A program made the position numbers and the translations under genes. A DNA stretch of 63,654 nucleotides, filler included, from Octopus bimaculoides (Eukaryota): the NCBI RefSeq assembly GCF_001194135.2. It is 6 parts of 6 records of this genome, joined end to end, with 100 filler letters (N's around TTAATTAATTAA, not from the genome) between each part and the next. Parts side by side here need not be neighbours in the genome. Positions count along the whole stretch, not along the records: positions 25,211 to 27,803 come from NC_068984.1; positions 27,904 to 45,700 come from NC_069006.1; 4 more parts are not named here. The stretch is one strand, 5' to 3'. Every line of letters begins with the position of its first letter. Positions within the stretch are counted from its first letter, which is position 1. Below, piece after piece: positions 26,054 to 39,053 of this stretch. A model generated the notes under the pieces. It had not been told where the DNA came from. It searched no databases and saw only the letters and a list, made by a program, of their open reading frames with translations.

Positions 26054-27399
26054 NNNNNNNNNNNNNNNNNNNNNNNNNNNNNNNNNNNNNNNNNNNNNNN
26101 NNNNNNNNNNNNNNNNNNNNNNNNNNNNNNNNNNNNNNNNNNNNNNNNNNNNNNNNNNNNNNNNNNNNNNNNNNNNNNNNNNNNNNNNNNNNNNNNNNNN
26201 NNNNNNNNNNNNNNNNNNNNNNNNNNNNNNNNNNNNNNNNNNNNNNNNNNNNNNNNNNNNNNNNNNNNNNNNNNNNNNNNNNNNNNNNNNNNNNNNNNNN
26301 NNNNNNNNNNNNNNNNNNNNNNNNNNNNNNNNNNNNNNNNNNNNNNNNNNNNNNNNNNNNNNNNNNNNNNNNNNNNNNNNNNNNNNNNNNNNNNNNNNNN
26401 NNNNNNNNNNNNNNNNNNNNNNNNNNNNNNNNNNNNNNNNNNNNNNNNNNNNNNNNNNNNNNNNNNNNNNNNNNNNNNNNNNNNNNNNNNNNNNNNNNNN
26501 NNNNNNNNNNNNNNNNNNNNNNNNNNNNNNNNNNNNNNNNNNNNNNNNNNNNNNNNNNNNNNNNNNNNNNNNNNNNNNNNNNNNNNNNNNNNNNNNNNNN
26601 NNNNNNNNNNNNNNNNNNNNNNNNNNNNNNNNNNNNNNNNNNNNNNNNNNNNNNNNNNNNNNNNNNNNNNNNNNNNNNNNNNNNNNNNNNNNNNNNNNNN
26701 NNNNNNNNNNNNNNNNNNNNNNNNNNNNNNNNNNNNNNNNNNNNNNNNNNNNNNNNNNNNNNNNNNNNNNNNNNNNNNNNNNNNNNNNNNNNNNNNNNNN
26801 NNNNNNNNNNNNNNNNNNNNNNNNNNNNNNNNNNNNNNNNNNNNNNNNNNNNNNNNNNNNNNNNNNNNNNNNNNNNNNNNNNNNNNNNNNNNNNNNNNNN
26901 NNNNNNNNNNNNNNNNATATATATATATATATATATATATAAATTTGTACAGGAGTTATGGAATAGAGTAGGAAAAATCCGGGCTGCATATGTTTCATAG
27001 CGAGTATATATATATATATTCTCTTTCTACTTCGAAGACACCAAACACATGACATGACGCTCCAAAGCAAGTGATGATCTGGACTCGAGTTGCCTGTCCG
27101 CTCAGCCAGTTTTGGATATATATAACTGTATTGATAATATATCTATGACAATATTCTGTTTTCTATTGATCGCCAGTCATTCTATCCGACGCCTTTATAA
27201 TTTCTATGATCCCATGTAATAACAATAGTTAGGAGAAACAACAACAACGACAACATCTGTCATAACAATCAGACTACCAATGGAAATAGCATAGGAAAAA
27301 TGATCAATATTATTTCCAGTTAACATATTTATTGCTCTGTGCATTAAATATGTTAACACTAACATATACAAAGAAAACAAACCAACCTGCTATCCATTC

Positions 27400-27803
27400 A
27401 TCCATCCATCTAGCCTGCCACCCACCCACCAGCCAGCCAGCCAGCCAGCCAACCGGCTAGCCAGCTAGCCAACAACCAACGATCCTACAAGTGAACCCAT
27501 CAATCGGCCATGCAGTCAAACCATCAAAGCAACCAGCTAGCCAACTGTCCATCTGTACGTCCGTCCGTCTGGCTGACCTTCCGTTCGACCATCTGTACGA
27601 CAATCCATCCATCCATCCATCCATCCATCCATCCATCCATCCATCCATCCATTCAGCCAGCCAGCCAGTCATCCTGCCATCCAGCCAGCGAGCCAACAAC
27701 CAACGACCCAACTAGTGTACCTACCACACGACCAGGCAGTCAAACCAACCAACTAGCCAACCGTCCATCAGTACGTCCGTCTGTCTGATCTCCCATTTGA
27801 CTA
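27400..27803. repeat. (CCAT)/(CCAG) compound microsatellite with a diverged tandem duplication of about 225 bp
   Basis: aacaaccaacga..cagtcaaacca..ctagccaac.gtccatc.gtacgtccgtc occurs at about 27473-27600 and 27696-27803. Confidence 0.75.
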
Positions 27804-28044
27804 NNNNNNNNNNNNNNNNNNNNNNNNNNNNNNNNNNNNNNNNNNNNTTAATTAATTAANNNNNNNNNNNNNNNNNNNNNNNNNNNNNNNNNNNNNNNNN
27901 NNNATATATATTATATATGTTTAACTAGTTACCTACCAACTTACCATTTATCTATTTATCTGTCTGTCTGTCTGTCTGTCTGTCTGCCTGTCTTTCTGAT
28001 TGTCTGCCTGACGGTTTGTTTGTCTGTCTCTTCCTATAATGATT

Positions 28045-28115
28045 ACACACACAGCATACACACACAGCATACACACACAGCATACACACACAGCATACAC
28101 ACACAGCATACACAC
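28045..28115. repeat. 13-bp minisatellite (ACACACAGCATAC) x about 5
   Basis: Read directly. Confidence 0.85.
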
Positions 28116-29029
28116 ACAGACATATATGCTTACACATGCATGCGTATATACATACATATATATGTATATTTATGTATATATACATACATATAGACATACG
28201 TGCATAAATATAAACATGTACAGACACAATAGCATTCCGTGAGTGGGTGTATACGTTGAATATTACCAATACAAAATATATCCAGTGTTTATATATAAAC
28301 TGAAAGTATTGACTAAAATCGATAACTATTCTAAGTAGAAAAGTGGGAAAAAAATGGTAAAACGTGAAAGAATTTAAAATTCAAAAATAAAGAAATGGTG
28401 CATATTTANNNNNNNNNNNNNNNNNNNNNNNNNNNNNNNNNNNNNNNNNNNNNNNNNNNNNNNNNNNNNNNNNNNNNNNNNNNNNNNNNNNNNNNNNNNN
28501 NNNNNNNNNNNNNNNNNNNNNNNNNNNNNNNNNNNNNNNNNNNNNNNNNNNNNNNNNNNNNNNNNNNNNNNNNNNNNNNNNNNNNNNNNNNNNNNNNNNN
28601 NNNNNNNNNNNNNNNNNNNNNNNNNNNNNNNNNNNNNNNNNNNNNNNNNNNNNNNNNNNNNNNNNNNNNNNNNNNNNNNNNNNNNNNNNNNNNNNNNNNN
28701 NNNNNNNNNNNNNNNNNNNNNNNNNNNNNNNNNNNNNNNNNNNNNNNNNNNNNNNNNNNNNNNNNNNNNNNNNNNNNNNNNNNNNNNNNNNNNNNNNNNN
28801 NNNNNNNNNNNNNNNNNNNNNNNNNNTATATATATATATACACACACACACACATATATATACACACACATATATATGCACATATTTAGATATACATGTG
28901 CGCAGATGTGCGTATATGTGTGTGTGTGCGTGTTTCATAGCTGTTTATGTTTATGGATGCGTGTGCATTTCGTATGTATACGTGAACGCGGTCCTATTTT
29001 CATCCCAGGAGCCACACATGAAGACTTCC

Positions 29030-29220
29030 TGGAATGTTTTTCCAAAATTTCCTTGTGCTATTAATCAACTGTATTCGGAGAAGACGAATTAGTTTGCTTT
29101 GTTCTTTTGTGGAGAATCCCAGCATTTCTAGGTCTTTATCGAGATCTATTGTTCCGTATCCAAATGCACCTACAATAATTGGAACAAATGAAAACCTATA
29201 GCCTGGATATATACACACTG
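29030..29220 (-). mobile_element. Second R4/Dong-type RLE C-terminal fragment
   Basis: YPGYRFSFVPIIVGAFGY..LEMLGF is homologous to YLNHKFTFIPIITGAL at 21071-21286. Confidence 0.7.
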
Positions 29221-29499
29221 CTTCTCATTAATTCTTCCTAATTCTTTTCCATTTCCCCAATTTTATTTTTACCAGATGTTCACATCCGCCCGGCAGCTGT
29301 TCTTTACAAAAGTGCACGCCATTTGCTCCCTGTTCCATAGAACGATATCTGGCCTATAGTATTTATATAGTACTGCTGTTTTTTCTTTGGAATATTCCAC
29401 TAGTATTATTCATTTTTCTTTTTCAATGGTGTGAATACATTCTGGTTCTGGTCAGAGAATGTAGGAAACATTAAGAAATTCTTCTCGAAATTTCCAGAC

Positions 29500-29615
29500 C
29501 CTGGGTTCGATTTCGCTGCATTGTATCTCGAGCAAGTGTCATCTATTATATAATCGGGTCGACCCAAACATTTCAAGGCAAACTAGGTAGCCGGAAACTG
29601 CATGACGACCCGTCC
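29500..29615 (+). mobile_element. SINE family A, old 5' half
   Basis: gggttcgatttcgctgc..gagcaagtgtcatctattata..gtagccggaaactg. Confidence 0.55.
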
Positions 29616-29639
29616 AATGGAATGCAGTTAACATCATTT

Positions 29640-30100
29640 CCGACAAAGTCTCTGTACACTTCACGATTTTCTATTGGTATTAACAAGTGTTCTTTATTCA
29701 TGTCTGTGTCGTCTGAGAGATGATTGATGAACGTTTGAGCAGGTCTTCCTCTACTCTGTCCCCGTGAATTGGTTTCATCAGCGGACTTTCCATTCTGGGG
29801 CGTCGCTTCGGCGCCGTATACGTAAAGAAAATGGAGACCGAGAGAGCTTTTGCCCCTTTGATTGAGTATAACTTCCTGCTTACTTTCCCAGCAATGTCCT
29901 ACAAATCGTAAGCGTCTTTAAACAACTATAGTCGTTACGTTGGGCAAGTTTCCCAAATAAACTTTCATTTTAATTCAATGTTTCAGCCTTATCAAACACA
30001 GTGTCACACTGGTTCCACTATAGAATTACATCAAAGATACCTATGTACGTGGAATACTCAACCACTTACTGGCATTCTAATCGAATGAACAATTGATTGA
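29640..30100 (-). mobile_element. RTE-X-like LINE C-terminal fragment
   Basis: Minus-strand GNLPNV..RRLRFVGHCW, YGAEA and PIHG..SRGRPAQTFINHLSDDT match the post-RT motifs RRLRFAGHC and HG.R.RGRP..TY.D.L..DT. Confidence 0.65.
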
Positions 30101-30194
30101 ACTATTGATAACCCATGGTGGGAAATTTGGTAAACCGAGGTTGTCTATGTTCTATTACCGCTTGTTTGACGTATCTTTTGTATTAATTATGGTA

Positions 30195-30320
30195 GTGCTT
30201 GGCTTTGTGGTAAGGGTGTTGAACTCAGGATCGTAACATTGTGATTTCGATTCCTGGATAGGGTGATGCGTTGTGTTCTTGAGCAAAATACTTCATTTCA
30301 CATTACTCCAGTCCGCCACA
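30195..30320 (+). mobile_element. SINE family C
   Basis: tRNA-like head followed by gttgtgttcttgagcaaaatacttcatttcac..ccagtcc, shared with 51040-51265. Confidence 0.7.
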
Positions 30321-31254
30321 GAATCAAGGAAACCAGCCTTATGAGTTTATGTGACCCAGGAAGAAGCTTTATCCTTTATCCTTATTGATTATCTTTTATC
30401 TTTATTGATTATCTTTTATCCTCATTGATTATACTTCTTCTCACCCATTCCTGACTCGGGACGGCAGAAAGCTGTTTACTACTACAAGAAGTCTTGCAGT
30501 ATCAAATATCAATAGTATCTCAAACGTTTCTCTTTCAAGTTTTATAATAACCATGCTTCCCTTCAGCCATTGCTAGCTTTGGACGGCTTACTGTTATATC
30601 CTTGTAGTTCTACATTCTTCGTAGTGTAGTCACGCTGAGGAACGTAAGCCATTGTTGACTTTCCTGCTCCTTGTAATACTGTCGTCGATTAATTATCGAT
30701 CGATTTGAATGCAGAATTAACAAATCATTGTATTTACGCAACAGTAGATAATCTGAAACGTGGATAAGCGAATCATGGATTACAAATTATAAAGTAAAAA
30801 TATTAATTTCCTTTTCTGTGTGTTTTATACTATACTCTGAAATCTCCAAAAGCGAACTTTGGATTTACTAACCGAATAGGTGTACAATAATAATCGCTGG
30901 ACTATATAGTTCAGAACAGTTACCGATCGTCGATGGAGTTAGCATAGTGCTGGTACTACTACAGAGAGCTTAGAAAGGTATTCGCCTGGATTTTACTGTC
31001 CCTGTTCCTTTGTGTGTAAACATGCATGTATTTATGTGCATTAAATTGAAACTAAAAATTTCTTGATTGAGTCGACAAGTCTTTACGTTTAAACTTTTGT
31101 CTATATGCATATCCGCACTGCATATACACATACATACATACATACATACATACATACATACACACATACATACATACATATATACATACACACATACACA
31201 CACATACACACATACACACATACATAATACATACATATATACATACATATATAT

Positions 31255-31415
31255 ATAAATAATTATAGTTGTGTGTGTGTATATATATATATATGTATAT
31301 AAAAATATGATTATAGTTGTTTATATATATAAATATATAATTATAGTTGTATATACGTACATACACATATATATATACAACTATAATTATATATATATAC
31401 ATATAATTATAGTTG

Positions 31416-31447
<32 letters not shown>

Positions 31448-31481
31448 TAGTTGTATATTTATTTATATGCATAATTATAGT
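31255..31481. repeat. AATTATAGTT units interspersed with (TA)n; about 6 direct copies and 1 inverted
   Basis: Units near 31261, 31308, 31339, 31405, 31443 and 31472; reverse complement AACTATAATT near 31379. Confidence 0.8.
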
Positions 31482-31519
31482 CGACTCAAAGAACAAGCAA
31501 TTAAAAAACAGTTTTAAAA

Positions 31520-31690
31520 AATACGAACGTGAGGGCGTGCACAAGCAATATATTAACTTGACGCTCGGTGAAAGGAAAGAGTTGTTAACGTTTCGAGCAT
31601 AGCTCTTCGTCGGAAGCAGGAAAGTCCAAAGAGAAAGAAGGAAAAATAAGCAAAAATCGCCAACAATCCACGCGCGGTTACATTTCTGAA
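31520..31690 (-). repeat. Short dispersed repeat containing a hammerhead-like motif (possible Penelope-like pLTR relic)
   Basis: Minus strand CCGACGA-A-GAGC-TAT-GCTC-GAAACGTT; a related motif lies at 44926-44961. Confidence 0.45.
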
Positions 31691-31780
31691 GTGACCGGAA
31701 GTGGAGGAAGAAAGGGAAAGTGGTTTCTGGGACAGGAGTGTATGAAGATGGTCAGTATGTGTGTGTGTATCTATCTATAT

Positions 31781-32003
31781 ATTTCTTTATTGCCCGCAAG
31801 GGGCTAAACATAGAAGGGACAAACAAAGAGAGACAAAGTCAATTGCATCGATCCCAGTGCGTAACTGGTACTTAATATATCGACCCCGAAAGGATGAAAG
31901 GCAAAGTCGACCTCGGCAGAATATGAACACAGAACGTTACAGCAGACGAAATACCGCTAAGTATTTCGCCCGGCGTGCTAACGTTTCTCCCAGCTCACCA
32001 CCT
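31781..32003 (-). mobile_element. SINE family B, full-length
   Basis: Reverse complement of 55367-55593 (gtaactggtactt..cgaccccgaaaggatgaaaggcaaagtcgacctcggc..cccggcgtgctaacg). Confidence 0.9.
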
Positions 32004-32749
32004 TAATGTGTGTGTCTATATATATGTGGTAGCGTGTTTGTGTGTGTGTCTGGTAGCGTGTGTGTGTGGTAGCGTGTGTATGTCGTAGCGTGTGTGTGTC
32101 GTAGCGTGTGTGTGAGTGCGTGCGTGTGTGTGAGTGCGTGTGTTTGTGTGTGCGTGGTAGTAACTGTGTTTGTGTTTGTGTGAGTTGCCTGTGCGCGTGT
32201 GTGCGTGTGTGTTGGTGTATATGTTTCCGTGAGAGGTCAGTCTCAAGTCAGCAGATGTAGTAAAATGTGTGTGAATGGGTGGCTGTGGCTGTGTGTGTGT
32301 GTGTGTGTGTGTGTTTGCATGTGTGCGTAGACAGAGTGGTCAATAATGAGTCAGCGGCAGTCATACATATACATGTGTATATTCATATGTACATATGCAT
32401 TTATATATGTATGTATGTATGTATGTATGTAGGTGTATGTATGTATGTATGTGTGTATCTATATGCATGTGTTAGAAAATATGAAAAATTCAGTGCTTGT
32501 GTGTGTGTCTGTGTGCGCGCGCGTTTGTGCATGTGCGTGCGCGCGCACGCGTGTATGAAAAAACCGTCTGCGCTCAACTTGTTATATTTCAGGACTGAGA
32601 TGATGGGGAAATGCCGTCACTAAATGAAATTAATGTTACGGAACATTATTCTAGATATAAGCTGAAAGCATCGAAGGCGGTGGGATTGCTTTGTAAAAAA
32701 GATCGATCGCTGTAACGAAATTTAAAATAAAAAGTTATCATCACCATAC

Positions 32750-32945
32750 TCCTCTTCTTCTTCTTCTTCTTCTTCTTCTTCTTCTTCTTCTTCTTCTCCC
32801 CCTCCTCCTCCTCCTCCTCCTTCTTCTTCTTCTTCTTCTTCTTCTTCTTCTTCTTCTTCTTCTCCTCCTCCTCCTCCTCCTCCTTCTTCTTCTTCTTCTT
32901 CTTCTTCTTCTTCTTCTTCTTCTTCTTCTTCTTCTTCTTCTTCTC
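32750..32945. repeat. (CTT)n/(CCT)n homopyrimidine tract
   Basis: Read directly. Confidence 0.95.
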
Positions 32946-33240
32946 CGCCACCTTAATCATTACCGTCACCACACTTCAACCACTGCAATCGTTACCACAG
33001 CCANNNNNNNNNNNNNNNNNNNNNNNNNNNNNNNNNNNNNNNNNNNNNNNNNNNNNNNNNNNNNNNNNNNNNNNNNNNNNNNNNNNNNNNNNNNNNNNNN
33101 NNNNNNNNNNNNNNNNNNNNNNNNNNNNNNNNNNNNNNNNNNNNNNNNNNNNNNNNNNNNNNNNNNNNNNNNNNNNNNNNNNNNNNNNNNNNNNNNNNNN
33201 NNNNNNNNNNNNNNNNNNNNNNNNNNNNNNNNNNNNNNNN

Positions 33241-33615
33241 ACTCAACTGTTACTTATATTATCGAACCCGAAAAAATCGAAGGCAAAGCCGACCTCGGCA
33301 GAATTTGAACTCAGAACGTAGAGACGGACGAAATGCAGCTAAGCAATTTGTCCGGCATGCTAATGACTCTACCAACTTACCGCCTTCTATCCTTATATTC
33401 TTTTCTACTTTAGGTACAAGGCTCAGAAGTTTTGGGGAGGTGGGGGCAGTCGATTAGATCGACTCATTACGCAACTGGTACTTAATTTATCGACCCCGAA
33501 AGGATGAAAAGCAAAGTCGACCTCGGCAGAATTTGAACTCCGAACGTAAAGACAGACGAAATACCGCTAAGCATTTCGTCCGGCGTGCTAACGATTCTGC
33601 CAGCTCGGCGCCTTC
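33241..33615 (-). mobile_element. Two head-to-tail SINE family B copies
   Basis: aaggcaaag.cgacctcggcagaatttgaactc occurs at about 33280-33312 and 33508-33541. Confidence 0.85.
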
Positions 33616-33739
33616 TGTCCTTATATAATACTATTAATTAACCATACCAGCATACCATTGTGATAAGGGAGGAGGGGGATGTTGTGAGAAATGGGGGTGG
33701 ACACAGAGAGCACTATATCAGAGGTGTAATGTATATCAT

Positions 33740-34130
33740 CAACGTTATCACCACCAACAGAAATAACAGCAGCAACAGTTACCAGAATCATCGTCATCAT
33801 CATCATCTTCACCATCTTTATTACCACCACCATGATCATGATCATCATCACCACCACCGCCACCACCGCCACTATCACCATCATCGTCGTCATCACCATC
33901 ACCACCTTCCTCCTCTTCCTCCTCGTCATCATCATCTTCGCCAACATCATCTCCTTCATCACCATCATCATCAACATAAGCAACACCATCACCATTACCA
34001 CCACCATCACTATCATCATGCACCCTTTCCCCATCATCATCACCACCTCCATCATCATTACCACCACCATTCCCTCCTCCTCCTCCTTCTTATCATCATC
34101 ATCATCATCATTGTCGTTATCAAGAGCTGC
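33740..34130. repeat. Compound CAT/CAC/CCT triplet low-complexity tract
   Basis: Read directly; gives His-, Ile- or Asp-rich pseudo-ORFs in several frames. Confidence 0.85.
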
Positions 34131-34374
34131 TGCAAGAAACCCCCAACCCTCTACTTTCCACGTCACTATCACATTGACGTAAAAATATAGTTATTACACA
34201 AAATAGCCGACAGCTATAGCCATAATTTGCATAATTATGCTGTGGCAGTGGTAGTAGTGTATTTTGTGGTAGTGGTGGTCATGGCGATAGTTGGGATAGT
34301 GGCGGTTGACGTGATGGCAGCAGCAGGTGGTTGTGGCGGAGGTGATGGCGGTGATTTTGGTTATGGTTGTAGAG

Positions 34375-34490
34375 GTATTTATCGATTCCAAGAGGACTAA
34401 AATGCACGATGGACCTTGGCGGAATTTGAACTCAGAAGTGAAGAAACGGAATGAATACTGCAAAGCATTTCCTCCAATGATCTAACGCTT
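34375..34490 (-). mobile_element. SINE family B, old fragment
   Basis: gaccttggcggaatttgaactcagaa..aaagcatttc. Confidence 0.6.
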
Positions 34491-34754
34491 CTATCGATCC
34501 ATTGCTCGGGGCTCGATCTTCATTCGATTGGCCAAAGAAAGATAAAATGCGTAGTTGACCTAGGTGAGATTTGAACTCTGAATGGGACATAAGCATAAGT
34601 CTTGAAATTAAGGACAATGATTTCTTAAGTAGTTTTACCTGGCGACAAGACGTTTGGTTAAATTATATAACAGTTTTAATGTTACATAATAAAGATCCCA
34701 TACGCTTTTGAAACATATGTAGCGCATTACTGCTTCTTCCTTTCCCCTCATTCA

Positions 34755-34792
<38 letters not shown>

Positions 34793-35111
34793 CTGATCTT
34801 TTTACACNNNNNNNNNNNNNNNNNNNNNNNNNNNNNNNNNNNNNNNNNNNNNNNNNNNNNNNNNNNNNNNNNNNNNNNNNNNNNNNNNNNNNNNNNNNNN
34901 NNNNNNNNNNNNNNNNNNNNNNNNNNNNNNNNNNNNNNNNNNNNNNNNNNNNNNACTGACTGTTCGTAAGTATTTTCATAATCTTTCTTTTTACGTTACG
35001 CAAAATTATGATAAAGTATCTCGTGCCCTTTCCTTTATTAAATCTGAAAAGTGTGGTTAGAGGGCGTTTTTGCTACTATGTTTAGCTGTAAATTATATCT
35101 CTATATAAAAT

Positions 35112-35193
35112 TCTTTTACTTCTTTCAGTCATTTGATTGCGGCCATGCTGGGGCACTGCTTTTAGTCGAATAAATCAACCCCAGGACTTATTC

Positions 35194-35227
<34 letters not shown>

Positions 35228-35352
35228 TACCAAATTTACTCACAAGGAATGGTCAGCCTGGGGTTATACTAGAAGACACTTGTGCAAGATGTCGTTCAGC
35301 GGGACTGAAACCCGAAACACGTGGCTGCTAAGTGAGTTTCTTAACCATACGG
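35112..35352 (-). mobile_element. SINE family A, internally deleted copy
   Basis: cagtcatttgattgcggccatgctgg..ccccaggacttattctttg, then (GT)n, then ctaccaaatttactcacaagg..agaagacactt. Confidence 0.75.
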
Positions 35353-35823
35353 CTACGATCGTGTTGATGTGGGATGTTTTGCTTTGATTTCTTTCGGAAT
35401 AATGTTGTACATACATACATACATATATGCATATAAACATACACACATTCATACATACAGACACACATACATACATACATACATACATACATACATACAT
35501 GCATACATACATGCATGCATACATACATACATACATGGATACATACATGCATACATACATACTTACATAGATATAAACGTACATATATACATATACACGG
35601 ACGCACCCATAAACCTTCTTTTATATACTGTAGATCTTTGGAAACCTTCAAAAGCTGTCTGAAAGAAAATGGCGTTCCTGGTTGTCCTGTTTTAGAATCG
35701 GTGGTGAACGCTACATACCCAGAACATATTTACGGTCCAGTTCAGAGAATGTGTAACAAAACAGTCACCCAGTCTCCAGGTAAGAGTGATTCCGTTTCGA
35801 ATCGCAATGAATTCTATGCACGA

Positions 35824-36620
35824 GTATGTATGTCATTGTTCAGTTTTATTTCAAGATTTCTTGCCAATGGAGAAAGAACCGGTTTCTCACCTAGATCCAA
35901 GGCTAATTCATTGGAATTTCAACATCAACAACAGGGTATTTTTGTATGTATGTATGTATGTATGTATGTATGTATGTATGCAGATTTGTAGGTATTTATG
36001 TATGTATGTCATTGTTCAGTTTATTTCAAGATTTCTTGTCAATACAGAAAGAACCGGGTTCTAACCTAGATCCAAGGCTCCTTCATTGGAATTAAAAATT
36101 TTTTTGGATGTATGTATGTATATGTGCAGATTTGTATGTTTTGATTTATATATGTATTCTCATGCATATAGTTGCATATCTAGACATGCTCAGATATACT
36201 TAAATGATAGACTTTACAGGAAGTTTTACAGATTTTTACAGTTCCAGTCAGCGCATTAGATAGCCCTCGGCCCCAAATGATGGCCCCAGAGCAGTATTCG
36301 TAGGTTAGATAGAAACCGCGTTTTCATGACGTCCGTTATGTCCATGTTATGGGACTGCCAGTTGATTCCATCTCTGACGATGCCCCAGAAGCAGCTTCCC
36401 TGGGGTGAGGTTCCGATTAGGAGAGCTACAGGAGGTCGTAGATGATCGCGAAGCTTCTCTGCGTCAGAGATCAGAGATGGGCGGACGCAGAGTCGTACTC
36501 GGATAAGTATTCGGGCCCTCCACTTGGAACCCTACCCCACCACACCCGAACTTCAATCTATGTGTTTGCCACCAGCAGCTCGATGTAGATTGTTGTATTT
36601 AAGTGTGTCGTTGTCGATGA
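35824..36620. mobile_element. Unclassified repeat element with two tandem units of about 170 bp and a GC-rich core
   Basis: gtcattgttcagtt..atttcaagatttcttg..gaaagaacc..cctagatccaaggct is repeated at about 35830 and 36008. The core 36251-36389 recurs exactly at 39054-39192. Confidence 0.55.
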
Positions 36621-37059
36621 TGATGATTATCAAGACGACGACGACGACGAGGTGAGGAGAAGGAGGACGACGACGATGTTGGAGATGATGATAATGGTGA
36701 TGATGCGGATGATAATAATGATCATGATGATAGTGATGACGACGATGTCGATGATGATGAAGATGACGATGAAGATGACGATGAAGATGGACTGGTCTTC
36801 GAATTAGCTTTCTCCTTTCTGGTTTTGAGAAGCCTAATTTCCCAGGATTGGTATTTAGGCAGGCGATGTCTTATATATAATAATTACAGGTTTAAACCTG
36901 AACTTGTAATCTGGATAGAGTAACAGCAAATTTCTCAATAGTTCAGCATAGGTATTCTCTTTTTCACTTATCTTCAGCTTTCTGTTAATACGTATGTATG
37001 TATGTATGTATCGATCTGTCTACCTATCTATCCATCTGCCTGCCTGTCTGCCTGTCCGC

Positions 37060-37125
<66 letters not shown>

Positions 37126-37394
37126 GTTTGTCTGTATGTCTATTTGTCTATCTATCGATTTATATATCAATCATTCTATCTGTTTACTTATTTTTCGATT
37201 GAACGCTGGATCGATTTCGGATGGTCAAAAGTTAAAGTTGACCCCTTAAAGACCCTTTTCGGATTTTCCCTTCGCATTTTATCCAGCGTTACGATTCAGT
37301 CCCTTTAGTGCCTTGTAGTTACATCGCAGTAATATAACGGGATAGTCACGGTGGGAGCCTTTTTAAACATAGGTCTGAGATCGACACTGAAATT

Positions 37395-37753
37395 AAACAG
37401 CAACAACAGCAAGAAGAAGAAGAAGAAGAAGAAGAAGAAGAAGAAGAAGAAGAAGAAGAAGAAGAAGAAGAACAACAACAACAACAACAGAAGCAACAAC
37501 AACAACAGCAACAACAAAAACAGCTGCCAAAGCAGCAGCAGCAACAACAACATAAGAAACAACTGCTACAAGAAAAGCAAAAATCACCACAACGACAGCA
37601 GTAGCAACAACAGCACAAACAACAAAAGCAATAAGGACAAAAAGAGAGCCTCTAACGATAATAGCCATAACATCAACAGGACCTACACCACTACCGCCAT
37701 CACTAGTAACAACAAGAACAGCAGTAACAACGCCACTACCACCACCACCACCA
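37395..37753. repeat. (AAG)n/(AAC)n/(AGC)n compound triplet tract
   Basis: Read directly. Confidence 0.9.
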
Positions 37754-38545
37754 NNNNNNNNNNNNNNNNNNNNNNNNNNNNNNNNNNNNNNNNNNNNNNN
37801 NNNNNNNNNNNNNNNNNNNNNNNNNNNNNNNNNNNNNNNNNNNNNNNNNNNNNNNNNNNNNNNNNNNNNNNNNNNNNNNNNNNNNNNNNNNNNNNNNNNN
37901 NNNNNNNNNNNNNNNNNNNNNNNNNNNNNNNNNNNNNNNNNNNNNNNNNNNNNNNNNNNNNNNNNNNNNNNNNNNNNNNNNNNNNNNNNNNNNNNNNNNN
38001 NNNNNNNNNNNNNNNNNNNNNNNNNNNNNNNNNNNNNNNNNNNNNNNNNNNNNNNNNNNNNNNNNNNNNNNNNNNNNNNNNNNNNNNNNNNNNNNNNNNN
38101 NNNNNNNNNNNNNNNNNNNNNNNNNNNNNNNNNNNNNNNNNNNNNNNNNNNNNNNNNNNNNNNNNNNNNNNNNNNNNNNNNNNNNNNNNNNNNNNNNNNN
38201 NNNNNNNNNNNNNNNNNNNNNNNNNNNNNNNNNNNNNNNNNNNNNNNNNNNNNNNNNNNNNNNNNNNNNNNNNNNNNNNNNNNNNNNNNNNNNNNNNNNN
38301 NNNNNNNNNNNNNNNNNNNNNNNNNNNNNNNNNNNNNNNNNNNNNNNNNNNNNNNNNNNNNNNNNNNNNNNNNNNNNNNNNNNNNNNNNNNNNNNNNNNN
38401 NNNNNNNNNNNNNNNNNNNNNNNNNNNNCAGAAACAAAGAAAATTGTTGAATTGCCGTGTGTGTGTGTGTTTGTGATGTGGTGGTGTGTATATTTGTGTA
38501 TTTGGGTGAGAGGATATATGTCTGTATATGTGTATATATATATTT

Positions 38546-38580
<35 letters not shown>

Positions 38581-39053
38581 CATTTACGTATATATATGTG
38601 TGTGTGTGTGTGTGTTGTGCACATATACGTATGTACAAGTCTCTCTCTATTTATACATTCATGTGTGTATGTGTGTGTATGTTGATACGCATGTGTATAC
38701 ATAGGTGCGTGTGTGTATCTATATTCTATATATATATATGCTTGTATATATAGATAGGTACTTATATATCCGTACATATATGTGCGTGTGCGTATGTGCG
38801 TGTGTATACGTATGCACATATGTGTGCACGTACACATATGCCTGTGTGTATGCATATATGTATGTATACATATAACATACACACATATATATTCAATATG
38901 TACAGATATATTATACACACATATCTTTGTAGGTATATATCCAGCGTGTGTTAGGAAATAGAGAAGCCAAACAATCGAGTAAGAACCATGATACTAACCA
39001 AACCCCTTCCCACGCCCCCCAAAAACAAACAAACCTCCGACGTAAACATGTCT

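Noticed and set aside
31255-31481. Repeat-spacer pattern resembling a CRISPR array
   Set aside because: The unit is only 10 bp, the spacers are (TA)n, the context is eukaryotic and there are no cas genes.
33660-34190. 176-aa His-rich ORF resembling a metal-binding or structural protein
   Set aside because: It arises from a CAT/CAC triplet tract that is open in several frames on both strands, with no splice or domain support.
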